A stretch of 64,000 nt of DNA from contig OY970186.1 of the NCBI GenBank assembly GCA_963708105.1, positions 462,659-526,658 of the forward strand. Direction: 5' to 3'. How positions within the stretch are numbered: the first letter of the stretch is position 1; every line of letters starts with the position of its first letter. Below, in pieces: positions 1-10,012 of the stretch. Origin of the DNA: an uncultured Actinomycetes bacterium (lineage in GTDB: Bacteria; Actinomycetota; Acidimicrobiia; IMCC26256; PALSA-610). Both the position numbers and the translations under genes were made by a program. Under the pieces are notes generated by a model that saw nothing but the letters and a program-made list of their open reading frames with translations, had not been told where the DNA came from and ran no database searches.

Positions 1-1424
1 GCGCCGATGACCAAACCCGCGCTGCCGTTGATGATCATGTTCAGCGCGACGATCGACGTGATCTTCGTGCCCTGCGCGTTGCCCGAGATCAACACTTCGG
101 CGCGCGGTGCGTAGAGGCCTCCGGCGAACGCGACCACGCCGCCCGCCGCGAGATTGACGATCGAGGTGTCGCTCGCGGCCTGCCATACGACGAGGCCGGA
201 ATACGTCGTGCCCGAGAGTGCGGCGAGGGTGACGTTGCCCGCGCCGTCGATGTTGAACGTTCCGCCGGTGAGGTAGAGCAGGACGCCGCCGGTCGCGGTG
301 TGCAGCGTGGCGCCCGCGGTGACGGAGAAGCCGGCCTGGAAGATGTAGGTGCCGGTGGCGAGCGTGCAGTCGGTAGATCCCTGCACGACGAAGGGCGCGC
401 TGTAGACGCCGGGCAGCGCGGTGAATGTGCCGCTCGAACCACCACAGGCGTTAGTGCGGGCCGTTCCGCCCGACGGCGGGGTCAGGCCCGAGTACGGGTC
501 GGTCTTCGCCGGTGAGTACGGATTGGGCGGCGGACACGGACTCCCGCCGCCACTGAACACACACGTTCCGCCGGTAAGGATCGACGTCGAGCCCGCGCTG
601 TAGAACGCACTTCCGGAAAGGTCGAGCGCGTGGCAACCGCCGGAGTCGGCGGTGTTGATGAACGCGTTGCCGTACACGGTCAGGCCGCCGGTCGGTCCGC
701 CGGAGATGTTGATGCCGCACCCGCCGTTCCCGAACAGGACGAGCGACTGCGGCGGCGACGGGATGAGCGAGGTGCCGCCACTCTCGAGTTTCCGGAACGC
801 GGCGGTCAGCGAATACGAGTACGCGGTTTGGCCGGGAATGGTGTTGCCGGTGTCGGGCGATTCGGTGATCATGACGGTGATCGACGTCGGCGCGCCAGTG
901 CAGTTCGGCGATCGGTGAGCACGACACCGTCACGCTGGCAATGCTCGTGGCGAGCGCGGCATCACTGACCAGCGCTCCGCTCTCGCAGTGCCGGCGGAGC
1001 AGCGTGCCGTTGACGAGCACGTAGTTGCTGATGTTCGCCGTCGTGGTTCCGATCTCGTTCGGTGCGTTCCAATTGAAGCGGGCGACGGCCGTCTGCGCGC
1101 CGGCGACGGGCGGCGCCGGGTCGGGGCACGAGGTGGTATCGGTGAGCGACATTTCGGGGCCGCTCGAGTTGCGGGCGTCGCTGATCGATGTAGTTCGCGG
1201 CGTAGCGCGGCGTCGCTCGACTTCGAGAGGCTCTCGTTGACCGACGAGCCGCCGTTCAGCACGACGACGAACGCCGCCGCCAGCGCGCCGAAGATGATCG
1301 TCTCGATCGCGATCGCGAGGATCAGCTCGGCGAGGGTGAAGCCGGATTCGTCGTGCCGGGTTCTCGGCATGAGCTTGCGGCCGAACCGGCCCGCGACCCG
1401 CCAAACACTCATTGGTTGCTCCAC
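1..1424 (-). CDS. Prepilin-type N-terminal domain protein with a large Gly/Thr-rich TadG-like C-terminal region. Runs off the left edge and is frameshifted as assembled.
   Basis: The N-terminus 'MPRTRHDESGFTLAELILAIAIETIIFGALAAAF' has the G/FTLxE prepilin cleavage and methylation motif. My translation of the downstream minus strand gives 'GGLYAPRAEVLISGNAQGTKITSIVALNMIINGSAGLVIG', which resembles TadG. At least two frame changes lie between the fragments. Confidence 0.45.
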
Positions 1425-1891
1425 GATTGGATCGAGACCGCGCGGCCGAAGTGTGACGTCGTCGTAGAAGATGACGTCGGCGCGCAGGAGTGAACGCGTG
1501 TCGGGGCAGGCGCCGCGACCGACGATGGTGCAGACCGCAGAGCACCACGTGGCGTTGCGACGCCGACGCGGAGAAGCGGCGCGCAGTCGACGCGCAGCGG
1601 CGCGGAGCGGGATTGTTGAACGTCAGCGCCGGCGTAGTGGAGAGGCAGTTGCCGACGAAGCCTTGGGTCGTGCGTCACGCGGATCGTCGCGATCGTCGGC
1701 TTGCATCGCCGCGTCGGCGTCGTAGTCGGTGCTCGCGCGAGTTGCGGGTGACGATGGTGGCTTGCGAGCTGGTGCTCGCGAACGCCGAGCAGCGCGGCGA
1801 CGATCACCGCGGTCGCGGTGAGGAAGATCAGGGCGAGCTCGAGCGCGGCGCCGTCTTCGCCGTGGCGCGGGCGACGGCGTTGCCTCGTCAT
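1409..1891 (-). CDS. TadE/pseudopilin-like small protein. C-terminal frame uncertain.
   Basis: ORF 1409..1891 starts 'MTRQRRRPRHGEDGAALELALIFLTATAVIVAALLGV': a basic leader followed by a hydrophobic helix. Its ATG overlaps the upstream stop (ATGA at 1888-1891). Confidence 0.35.
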   Translation of the reverse strand: MTRQRRRPRHGEDGAALELALIFLTATAVIVAALLGVREHQLASHHRHPQLARAPTTTPTRRCKPTIATIRVTHDPRLRRQLPLHYAGADVQQSRSAPLRVDCAPLLRVGVATPRGALRSAPSSVAAPAPTRVHSCAPTSSSTTTSHFGRAVSIQSWSNQ

Positions 1892-2333
1892 GACTTGCGC
1901 ACGACGATCGCGGAGCTGCTCGGTGACGCCGCCCGGGCCGGTCGCGGTGATCGACGACCGGCTGGAATTGCGGCGTGGTCGCGGCGTTGGTCGCCGGGCA
2001 CGTGCCGTAGGTCGGCACCCGGTGTAGCCCGTCGGCGGCGTGCGGTGGTGTCACCGTGTACGAGGTCGAGCACCAGCGTGGCCGCGCGGCTGGACGCGCG
2101 ACCGCAACGTTGAGCGCCTCGGCGTAGTCGCGGGCGACGACGCCGGCCGTGGTCGACTGGCGGTTCTGGATCGAGCTCGCGAACAGGGCGGTCATGCCGC
2201 CGACCAGCACGATGATGCGCCGGCGAGATGACGAGGCGCGACGAGGACCTCGATGAGCGTCGAGCCGCGTTCGGCGCGAGTCTCGTCCGACGACCGGCGT
2301 CGTCGATCTCGGCTCCGAAACGCGCGGGCTCAT
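1888..2333 (-). CDS. Pseudopilin-like protein, frameshifted.
   Basis: The minus strand near 2290-2250 reads 'ERGSTLIEVLVA' (prepilin motif). The frame then shifts to 'IIVLVGGMTALFASSIQNRQSTTAGVVARDYAEALNV'. Stop at 1888. Confidence 0.35.
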
Positions 2334-2427
2334 GTCCTCCGTTCGTCAAATCCGCAGCGGCGACTTGTGCCGGATGCGAGAGGCCTGCGCACGGCCCCGG
2401 CCCGGGCGGCGTCGTAGCCTCTCCGCC

Positions 2428-3725
2428 ATGGCGAAGATCACGTTCATCGGGGCCGGCAGCACGGTGTTCGCCCGCAACCTGCTGGGCGACATCCTCGGGC
2501 CACAAGGAGCTGGCCGGCTCCGAGATCGCGCTGTTCGACATCGACGAGGAGCGACTCGCGACCTCCGAGCTCGTCGCCCGGCGGGTGGCCGAGGCCTTCG
2601 ACGCCCCCGCCAAGATCAGCGCGACCACCGATCGGCGGGCCGCGCTCGACGGCGCCGACTACGCGATCAACATGATCCAGGTCGGCGGGTACGAGCCGTG
2701 CACGGTGACCGACTTCGAGGTGCCGAAGCAGTTCGGGCTGCGCCAGACGATCGCCGACACGCTCGGCATCGGCGGCATCATGCGCGGCCTGCGCACCATT
2801 CCGGTGATGCTCGACATGTGCGCCGACATGGAAGAGCTGTGCCCCGACGTGTGGTTCCTCAACTACACGAACCCGATGGCGATCAACTGCCGCGCGGTGA
2901 CGCGGGCCTCGTCGATTCGGACGGTCGGGTTGTGCCATTCGGTGCAGGGGACGGCGTTCGAGCTGTCGATCGATCTCGGCATTCCGTACCGGGAGATCGA
3001 CTACGTCGCCGCGGGCATCAACCACATGGCGTTCTATTTGAAGTTCTCGCACGACGGTGAGGATCTGTATCCGCGGTTGCAGGAGCTGGCGCGTTCGGGA
3101 GCGGTGCCCGAGCACAATCGGGTGCGCTACGAGGTGCTGAAGCACTTCGGCTATTTCGTGACCGAGTCGAGCGAACACTTCGCCGAGTACGTGCCGTGGT
3201 TCATCAAGCGCGACCGTCCGGATCTGATCGCGCGGTTCAACATTCCGCTCGACGAGTATCCGCGGCGCTGCGTCGCGCAGATCGCCGACTGGGAAGACGA
3301 GCGGGCGCGGCTCGAGGGCGGCGCCGCGTTCGAGGTCCAGCCGAGCTTCGAGTACGCGGCGACGATCATCCGCTCCATCGAGACGGGCAAGCCGCGCGTG
3401 ATCTACGGCAACGTGCCGAACGACGGCCTGATCGACGACCTGCCCGCCGGATGCACGGTGGAGGTGCCGTGCCTGGTCGACGGGAACGGCGTGCAGCCGA
3501 CGCGCATCGGAGCGCTGCCGCCCCAGCTCGCCGCGCTGATCCGCACGAACGTGAACGTGCAGGAGCTGACGGTGGAGGCCGCGCTCGACCGGGAAGCGGG
3601 AGCACGTGTACCACGCGGCGATGCTCGATCCGCACACCGCGGCCGAGCTCGACCTCGACCAGATCCACGACCTCGTCGACGCGCTGCTCGACGCCCACGG
3701 CGAATGGATCCCGTCGCTCAGCTGA
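2428..3725 (+). CDS. melA: Alpha-galactosidase, glycoside hydrolase family 4 (NAD/Mn-dependent). Two frameshifts as assembled.
   Basis: Fragments 'MAKITFIGAGSTVFARNLLGDILG', 'IQVGGYEPCTVTDFEVPKQFGLRQTIADTLGIGGIMRGLRTIP', 'VGLCHSVQGT', 'GINHMAFYL', 'FVTESSEHFAEYVPWFIK' and C-terminal 'VYHAAMLDPHTAAEL' are near-colinear with E. coli MelA. Frame changes lie near 2500 and 3595. Confidence 0.9.
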
Positions 3726-3731
3726 TTGCGG

Positions 3732-3941
3732 CTATCGGCGATGTGCGTCCATGTCGCGGTCGAACTGCTCCCAGGTTCGCTTGGCCGGGATTCGGGCGTT
3801 GGCCGGCAGCCAATCGATGCCGCCCTTGCTGATCCGCAGCTCGCCGAACTTCTCACCATCGCTGCGGACCTCGAACACCACGTCGGCGTGTAACACCATC
3901 TTGGTGGTCGGGATGCTCATGTCGACATCGTGACTGGGCAT
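3732..3941 (-). CDS. Small hypothetical protein (69 aa), divergent from the RecQ-like gene.
   Basis: Intact ORF 'MPSHDVDMSIPTTKMVLHADVVFEVRSDGEKFGELRISKGGIDWLPANARIPAKRTWEQFDRDM'. I recognise no family. Confidence 0.4.
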   Translation of the reverse strand: MPSHDVDMSIPTTKMVLHADVVFEVRSDGEKFGELRISKGGIDWLPANARIPAKRTWEQFDRDMDAHRR

Positions 3942-4020
3942 TGAGGCTCACCTTCTCTGCGGGTCCGAGCAATGGGGGCCATTCTCCGCCGATGGCGCAC
4001 CCTCGTGCCAGGCTGGCGAG

Positions 4021-6070
4021 ATGAGCGACCTGCACGACGAAGCCAACAGCGCCCTGCGGACGCTCGTCGGGAGCGAGGCCGAGTTCCGGCCCGACCAGTT
4101 CGAGGCGATCGAGGCACTGGTGGCCGATCGGCGGCGGGTGCTCGTCGTGCAGCGCACCGGATGGGGCAAGAGCGCGGTGTACTTCGTCGCGACGCGGATG
4201 CTGCGCGACCGCGGCGCGGGCCCGACGCTGCTCGTCTCTCCCCTGCTCAGCCTGATGCGCAACCAGATCGAGGCCGGCGAACGCGGCGGTGTCCGGGCGG
4301 CGCGGATCACGAGCGACAACACCGACGACTGGGAGAAGATCGTCGCCGATCTCGACGCCGATCGCGTCGATCTCCTGCTCGTCTCGCCCGAACGGTTCGC
4401 CAACCCGCAGTTCCGCGACACCGTGCTCCCCGATCTCGCCGAACGCATCGGGCTGCTCGTGATCGACGAGGCGCACTGCATCAGCGACTGGGGTCACGAC
4501 TTCCGCCCCGACTACCGCCGCATCGCCCGCATCCTCAATCTGCTGCCCGAAGGCGTGCCCGTGCTGTGCACGACCGCGACCGCGAACGATCGGGTCGTCG
4601 AAGACGTCGTCGATCAGCTCGGTCACGATCTCCTGCTGTTGCGAGGCACGCTCGATCGGCGGAGCCTCGCGCTCGACGTGCTGCATCTCCCGAACCAGGC
4701 CGAGCGCCTGGCGTGGCTCGCGCAGGCGATCCCGACGCTGCCCGGGCACCGGCATCGTCTACGCGCTGACGATCGACGACGCGCGCCGGGTCGCGGCGTG
4801 GCTCGCCGCGCACGGCATCACGGCGCGGGCGTACACCGGCGACGATCCTTTGGACGCGCGGCTCGAGGTCGAGTCGATGTTGCAGCGCAACGAGCTGAAG
4901 TGCGTCGTGGCCACTTCCGCGCTCGGCATGGGCTACGACAAGCCCGACCTCGCGTTCGTCATCCACTTCCAGATGCCGGGGTCCGCGATCGCGTACTACC
5001 AACAGGTCGGGCGCGCTGGGCGCGCGTTGGAAAATGCCGTGCGCGATCGGGCTGGTGGGCCACGAGGATCGCCAGATCCAGGACTACTTCATCAACACCG
5101 CGTTCCCGCCTCGTGCCGACGCCGAGCAGGTGGTGGCGCTGCTCGACGAAGACGAGTGGATGACGGCCAAGGCGATCGAGCGCGAAGTGAACATGCGCCA
5201 CGCCCGACTCGAGAACATGCTGAAGGTCCTCGAGGTCGAAGGCGTCGTGGAGCGCAACAAGGGCAAGTGGCGGCGGACGCCAAGGGAGTGGGAGTACCCC
5301 GAGGCGCGGATCGAAGCCGTGACCGCGGCCCGGCGGGCGGAGCAGGAGCGGATGCGCGAGTACCTCAACGGCGTCCGGTTGCCTGATGGAGTTCCTGCAG
5401 CTGCGAACTCAACGACCCGTCCGCTGCGCCGTGCGGCCGATGTTCATGGTGCGTCGGCGATCATCTCGTGCCCATCGAGATCGATCGCGAGCTGGCAAGG
5501 GAGGCTGTGGCGTTCCTGCGGGGTCGGACGTTGACACTCGAGCCGCGCAAGCAGTGGCCCGACGGCAAGAAGATTCCGCTCGACCAGCGCGCCGAGATCG
5601 GCCATGTCCTATCGCACTACGCGGACGGCGGATGGGGCACCCAGATCAAGGAGCAGCGCGAAGCCGGCGAGTATTCAGACGAGGTCGCCTGGGCGTTAGC
5701 CGATCTCATCGCGAAGCAGAAGTACGACCCGGACATCGAGTGGGTCACATGCGTGCCATCGTTACGGAGCCCCGGTTTGGTGGCCGATCTGGCCCGGCGC
5801 GTGGCCGATCGTTTGAAGCTGCCGTTCGTTCCCGTGGTCACCAAGGGAAGAGAGACGGCGCCCCAACGCGAGATGAGCAACAGCGCGCAGCAGTGCGCGA
5901 ACGTCGGCGGTGCGTTTGGTCTGTCCGGCCCCATGCCCAAAGGCGCAGTGCTCCTGATCGATGACCTCGTGGATTCGGGGTGGACCGTGACAGTGGTAGC
6001 CGCGTTGCTCCGCGAGCACGGTAGCGGCGAGGTGTTCCCGGCCCTCCTCGCGCAATCGAGGTCGGATTGA
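4021..6070 (+). CDS. RecQ-family DNA helicase fused to a C-terminal ComF/ComFC-like phosphoribosyltransferase-fold domain. About 4 frameshifts as assembled.
   Basis: Helicase motifs: 'VVQRTGWGKSAVYF' (Walker A), 'LVIDEAHCISDWGHDFRPDY' (DEAH) and 'ATSALGMGYDKPDLAFVIHFQMPGSAIAYYQQVGRAGR'. A winged-helix-like segment reads 'LKVLEVEGVVERNKGKWRR'. The C-terminus 'VTCVPSLRSPGLVADLARRVADRLKLPF...QCANVGGAFGL...GAVLLIDDLVDSGWTVT' resembles the ComF/PRT family. Confidence 0.8.
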
Positions 6071-6112
6071 CCACCGTCCCCTGGCCGTAGCACGCCGTGC
6101 TACGGTGGCCGG

Positions 6113-6367
6113 ATGGCCCGCGAGATCACCCAGCGAGAGCTGCGCAACGAGAGCGGCGAGATCATCCGCGACCTCGACCGCGGTCAATCGTTCATCGTGA
6201 CCCGTGCCGGCGTGCCGGTTGGCGAATTGGTGCCGCTGCGACGTCACCGGTTCGTCAGCGCCGACGCCGTCGTCGCCATCTTCCGCGGCGCTCCACCGAT
6301 CGACTATCGCGACTTCCGCCGCGACCTCGACATGGTGGCGAACCAAAACGCGACTCCTCGTGCCTGA
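6113..6367 (+). CDS. Type II antitoxin, Phd/YefM-like.
   Basis: 'MAREITQRELRNESGEIIRDLDRGQSFIVTRAGVPVGELVP'. It overlaps the downstream PIN gene by 8 nt. Confidence 0.75.
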   Translation: MAREITQRELRNESGEIIRDLDRGQSFIVTRAGVPVGELVPLRRHRFVSADAVVAIFRGAPPIDYRDFRRDLDMVANQNATPRA

Positions 6368-6770
6368 CGCCCGACTCGCGCGCGGTCTGCTCGACACGTC
6401 GGTAGTCATCGATCTCGAGACGTTGGATCCCGATGGTCTTCCCATCGAGCTCGCCGTGAGTGCGATCACGATGGCGGAGCTCGCGGCCGGACCACATGCG
6501 GCCACGAACGCGAATGAGCGGGCACGAAGACAGGATCGCCTCCAGCGAACCGAAGCCGCGTTCGATCCGCTTCCCTTCGATGCCGAAGCGGCGCGGGCGT
6601 ACGGACGGATCTATGCGAGCGTCACGGCTGCCAGTCGCAGGGCGCGTGGCACCCGGGCTGTCGATCTGCTGATTGCTGCGGTCGCGTGCGCCCAGAACCT
6701 CCCGCTTATCACCCGCAACGCCGACGACTTCCGTGGGCTAGATGGCCTTGTCGAAGTGGTCTCGGTATGA
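6360..6770 (+). CDS. vapC: Type II toxin, PIN domain (VapC family).
   Basis: GTG start at 6360. The sequence 'LLDTSVVIDLE...MAELAAGP...AFDPLPFDAEAARAYGRIYA...DLLIAAVACAQNLPLITRNADDF' carries the PIN acidic residues. Confidence 0.8.
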   Translation: MPDARLARGLLDTSVVIDLETLDPDGLPIELAVSAITMAELAAGPHAATNANERARRQDRLQRTEAAFDPLPFDAEAARAYGRIYASVTAASRRARGTRAVDLLIAAVACAQNLPLITRNADDFRGLDGLVEVVSV

Positions 6771-7442
6771 GGTCCATCGAGTGTCCGATCGACGACCGCG
6801 ACGACTCCTCGCGCCAATCGCCGCCTCGTCATTCAGGCGGGTAGTCGCGGATCGTCTGAAGAAGACGTGCTCCGCCTTCGCCAGACGTTGGAGAAGGTCT
6901 GCGAGCGGAAGACTCTTCTCGATGCAATCGGCGGCCAGGATCGGCATCCCTGCCCCCCGCTCGGCCCCGACCTGCGCTCAGTGCCTCACGCGTGATGTAG
7001 TGCGAGAGCGGATCGGGGCAATACCGTCGTCTTCGTCGAAGGCACCACGTCCACGGTGCTCGCTGACCAGCTCGTCCTCGACAGCGACTAATACCACAAG
7101 CTCTCGTACATGACTGCGCTCGACCCTCCCGCAGGCGTCTCATCTACAGCAGTGTGGACAGTGAGCATCCCGATCGGATGATCGACGTAGTGCATGCAGG
7201 AAAACCTCCTCGGACGAACCCCCCTCGACGTCGCGGGGTCGCCGGCGAACGTCGAGCAATGCTTGAGCGCCTTGCCTCATGGATTTTCGAGCACGCCGCA
7301 ACGGGAACCATCACGCAAAATGCGGTCCAAACGGAGTGCCGTTGGCGAGGCGCTGAATCCACGTAAGAGGCGACAATCGACGACGCGCGGAGGCTCCGTT
7401 GAGGCTTGCCGGTTCTGACAACATCATCCGCCTTTCCACGGG

Positions 7443-8225
7443 TTACTCGAGTGGGAGCGGCTTCAACAACCCGTTGTCAATGAGTACCTGGAAGTGCAGA
7501 GCGACGCTCGCCGCGAGCGTTCGATCGGTGGTCAGGAGCCCGATCTCGATGTTGCGATCGAACGCGGCTTCGGTCAGATTCGCGGAAGTGACAAGCAGAG
7601 ACGACTCGTCGATGACGACCGTCTTCGCGTGTAATACGCCGTCCGGTCCGTCGAGCTCGAGCGATCGAGGGTCGTAGAAGACGTGAGGGCGTCGGTGGCC
7701 CGGCCACGCCTTGCCCCAGAAAGTCTCGGCGAATGTCCGGACGAGCTGAGCAATTGCAGTTCGGTCGCCGCGCTTTCGCTGGATGTTCAGCGCCAGCCGT
7801 ACGTCGACCTCGGGGTGAGCATCCATGTGATCCGCTAAGACCCCGAATGCCTTGCGGCCGTCGAAGTAGGCAAACGAGCTAATCAATATCGACCGCGTGG
7901 CACTGCGGAAGAGTTCGTCAAAGACCGCACGCGTATCACGGGCGTAAAGCCCGGCAACCTCGGATCCCGACCACACCAAGTCGACCTGCGGCGCTTTGGA
8001 CTCGACGGCCGCAATCGACCGGAGCCAGCGCGCGACCGTTCGCGTTGGCACGCCCTCGTCGGAAAGTTCGAGCAGAGCTGTGCGAACCGCATCGCATCCG
8101 TCGATTGGACCAAGCGCGGAGAGAAGGGACACTTCTCCAAACGGCGGGCCAACGACTCCCGTCTCAAGAGCTGACGCAAGCCGCTCGCGTAGGTGCGGTG
8201 GAAGTTCGAGCAAGTGGTCCATCAC
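7443..8225 (-). CDS. drmC: DISARM DrmC, a phospholipase-D/Nuc-like nuclease with one HKD motif.
   Basis: HKD motif 'LHAKTVVIDESSLLVTSANLTEAAF' (His199/Lys201). Intact 260-aa ORF. Its start overlaps the drmB stop (GTGATG at 8220-8225). Confidence 0.85.
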   Translation of the reverse strand: MMDHLLELPPHLRERLASALETGVVGPPFGEVSLLSALGPIDGCDAVRTALLELSDEGVPTRTVARWLRSIAAVESKAPQVDLVWSGSEVAGLYARDTRAVFDELFRSATRSILISSFAYFDGRKAFGVLADHMDAHPEVDVRLALNIQRKRGDRTAIAQLVRTFAETFWGKAWPGHRRPHVFYDPRSLELDGPDGVLHAKTVVIDESSLLVTSANLTEAAFDRNIEIGLLTTDRTLAASVALHFQVLIDNGLLKPLPLE

Positions 8226-10012
8226 GCGTTCTCAAAGAACGCCGCGTTCGGCTGCCCCACGATCTGGACGACAAGCCCGCGATCCAAATAGTCGTTGCGC
8301 ATTTCACATGACGGTTCGGCAACGAGAGCACATCCGTGGCAAGCCGCTCCGTGGAGCCGGCGCGCTTCGAGATCTTCACCGGGTAGATGCTGCGCGCAGA
8401 TCGGGTCATTCGAGCAGAGCTCACCAGCACGAAGAGCCTGGGCGAGGTGCTCCTCAATGTGGCGGGCCTGTTGCACCAGCCCGCCAAGCGTGCCGTCGGC
8501 GTCCGAGCTTCCGGTGTACAGCAGGATTCCGTAGCGGCGGCCCTGTACGTCGGCATAGATTCGCTCTCGAATCGAACTCGCCGGGTATCCACATCGCATC
8601 GCCAACGACTGAATCAGGAGGTGCGACAACGTGTGCAATAGCACATAGGGTCCGCCCGGGAACGGCCGTTGGCTCTTGCGATCTTCGATCCAGCGGCGGT
8701 GTCCCGCTTCAAGCTGAGTCAGACGGTTACGAACGGAATCAAGAGCGAGCCAGGCATCGACGGCGTCGGCACGCAACCCGACGAAGATGCCTTCGCCACG
8801 GTTCTCAACCGCCGGAAACCAGGTTGGATCGATCGCGATGTCGGCCCGCTCGACATCGGAGTCGTAGTCGCCGTTGATGTCGGGAGTAACCGCTTCGAAG
8901 CGCGTAAACCCGACGAGCGCGACCACCTCGCGCAGCCGATGCAGCTGAATCACGGTGTCGATGGGCTTCGAACGTTCCGATCGTCTCCACGCATGGTCGG
9001 GCAGACGGCGAGCGTGAAAGTCGGGGTTGAGCGGAACATCGTCACCGAAACCCTCGGGCGCCGCGAGCAGCGCATCGAGCTCGACAAACTTGACCGGCTT
9101 GTCAACGGCGGGTCCGCGTTTCACCACCTGAATCGCCTCGAACACGTCGTCATCGGCGAACGCGGCGAGTCGTTCCATCACATCGGGTTTACGCTTGAAG
9201 ATCGGAAGTTCAGTGACGCTTTGCACGATCTGGAGTTCGCTCCAGAGTTCGCGCACCGCAGCTTCGATTGCGCTGCCCTTCTCCGGGATCGACAGAACGC
9301 TCACTCCCTGCGAGAAATACGCGTTCGACGCTGTACGAATGAGCAGTCGGCTCGGCTGATTGCATTCCTCAGAGGTGTTACGCCCTAACCATGGGCGGCG
9401 CCCGTGACAGCCACCGAGTGGGTTTGTCTCGAGCAGGGTCGCTTCGTAGAGACCCCGCGACTTCTTGCACTCGCATCGAACGACAAGGTCAGCAAGGTCA
9501 CCACTCGTGCCGCGTTCGTCGAGCCACAGCTGACGGCGACACGGATCCTCGGGTCCATGCACAAATCGGTACCAGTCGAGGTCATCGACATGACCTCGTG
9601 GACAGGCGCGCACGAAGCGAGTCGCGACGACTCTGAGCTTGTCGAATTTGTCTTGGTGGTCGAGCGCTCTGCGGTTGACAAGCCTTCGAGACCGCTCGCG
9701 CGTCTGGCTCGACTCGGTTTCTTGCACCACGAACCATTCGGGAAAGCGCCACGCCGTTATCCCTCGTATCGGCTGGCCGGGGTCGTTCGATGCTGCCGGC
9801 GGCGCGAAGAGTCGAGGTGCGACTACACCGGTGAGCACCCTGAGTTTGGCCGCGAGACGCGGCTCTTCTATTTCTTCTAGGAACTTCGTCGCCGGCCAGG
9901 ACTCCAGCCCTCCCACGATTGCTGAATGACTTGGGAGATCAATAAGTGCTCCAGGTCCGTACACGGTGAGGATCTGGCCCCGTCGGATTTGTCCGTGAGC
10001 TCGTTTGCTCAT
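8222..10012 (-). CDS. drmB: DISARM DrmB, DUF1998 (MrfA-type Zn-binding) protein.
   Basis: 'LLHTLSHLLIQSLAMRCGYPASSIRERIY' and the C-terminal Cys cluster 'LHGAACHGCALVAEPSCEMRNDYLDR' are typical of DUF1998. An extra Cys/His cluster reads 'CPRGHVDDLDW...RCECKKS'. ATGA overlap with drmA. Confidence 0.85.
   Translation of the reverse strand: MSKRAHGQIRRGQILTVYGPGALIDLPSHSAIVGGLESWPATKFLEEIEEPRLAAKLRVLTGVVAPRLFAPPAASNDPGQPIRGITAWRFPEWFVVQETESSQTRERSRRLVNRRALDHQDKFDKLRVVATRFVRACPRGHVDDLDWYRFVHGPEDPCRRQLWLDERGTSGDLADLVVRCECKKSRGLYEATLLETNPLGGCHGRRPWLGRNTSEECNQPSRLLIRTASNAYFSQGVSVLSIPEKGSAIEAAVRELWSELQIVQSVTELPIFKRKPDVMERLAAFADDDVFEAIQVVKRGPAVDKPVKFVELDALLAAPEGFGDDVPLNPDFHARRLPDHAWRRSERSKPIDTVIQLHRLREVVALVGFTRFEAVTPDINGDYDSDVERADIAIDPTWFPAVENRGEGIFVGLRADAVDAWLALDSVRNRLTQLEAGHRRWIEDRKSQRPFPGGPYVLLHTLSHLLIQSLAMRCGYPASSIRERIYADVQGRRYGILLYTGSSDADGTLGGLVQQARHIEEHLAQALRAGELCSNDPICAQHLPGEDLEARRLHGAACHGCALVAEPSCEMRNDYLDRGLVVQIVGQPNAAFFENA

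Noticed and set aside
2444-3859. A long 471-aa ORF antisense to melA. Similar long antisense or out-of-frame ORFs occur elsewhere: 30469..32208 (579 aa), 34450..35910 (486 aa), 51959..53689 (576 aa), 40318..41454 (378 aa) and 10270..11505 (411 aa).
   Set aside because: Their translations are Arg/Ala/Gly/Pro-rich and low in complexity, with no motifs. They overlap strands that carry clear family motifs. These are the shadow ORFs expected in DNA above 65-70% GC.
6738-7418. ORFs 6738..6947, 6829..7143, 7144..7362 and 7194..7418 as real genes in the vapC-drmC gap.
   Set aside because: They overlap each other in different frames, are Arg-rich or low in complexity, and carry no recognisable motif. 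I kept the region as an unexplained spacer finding instead.
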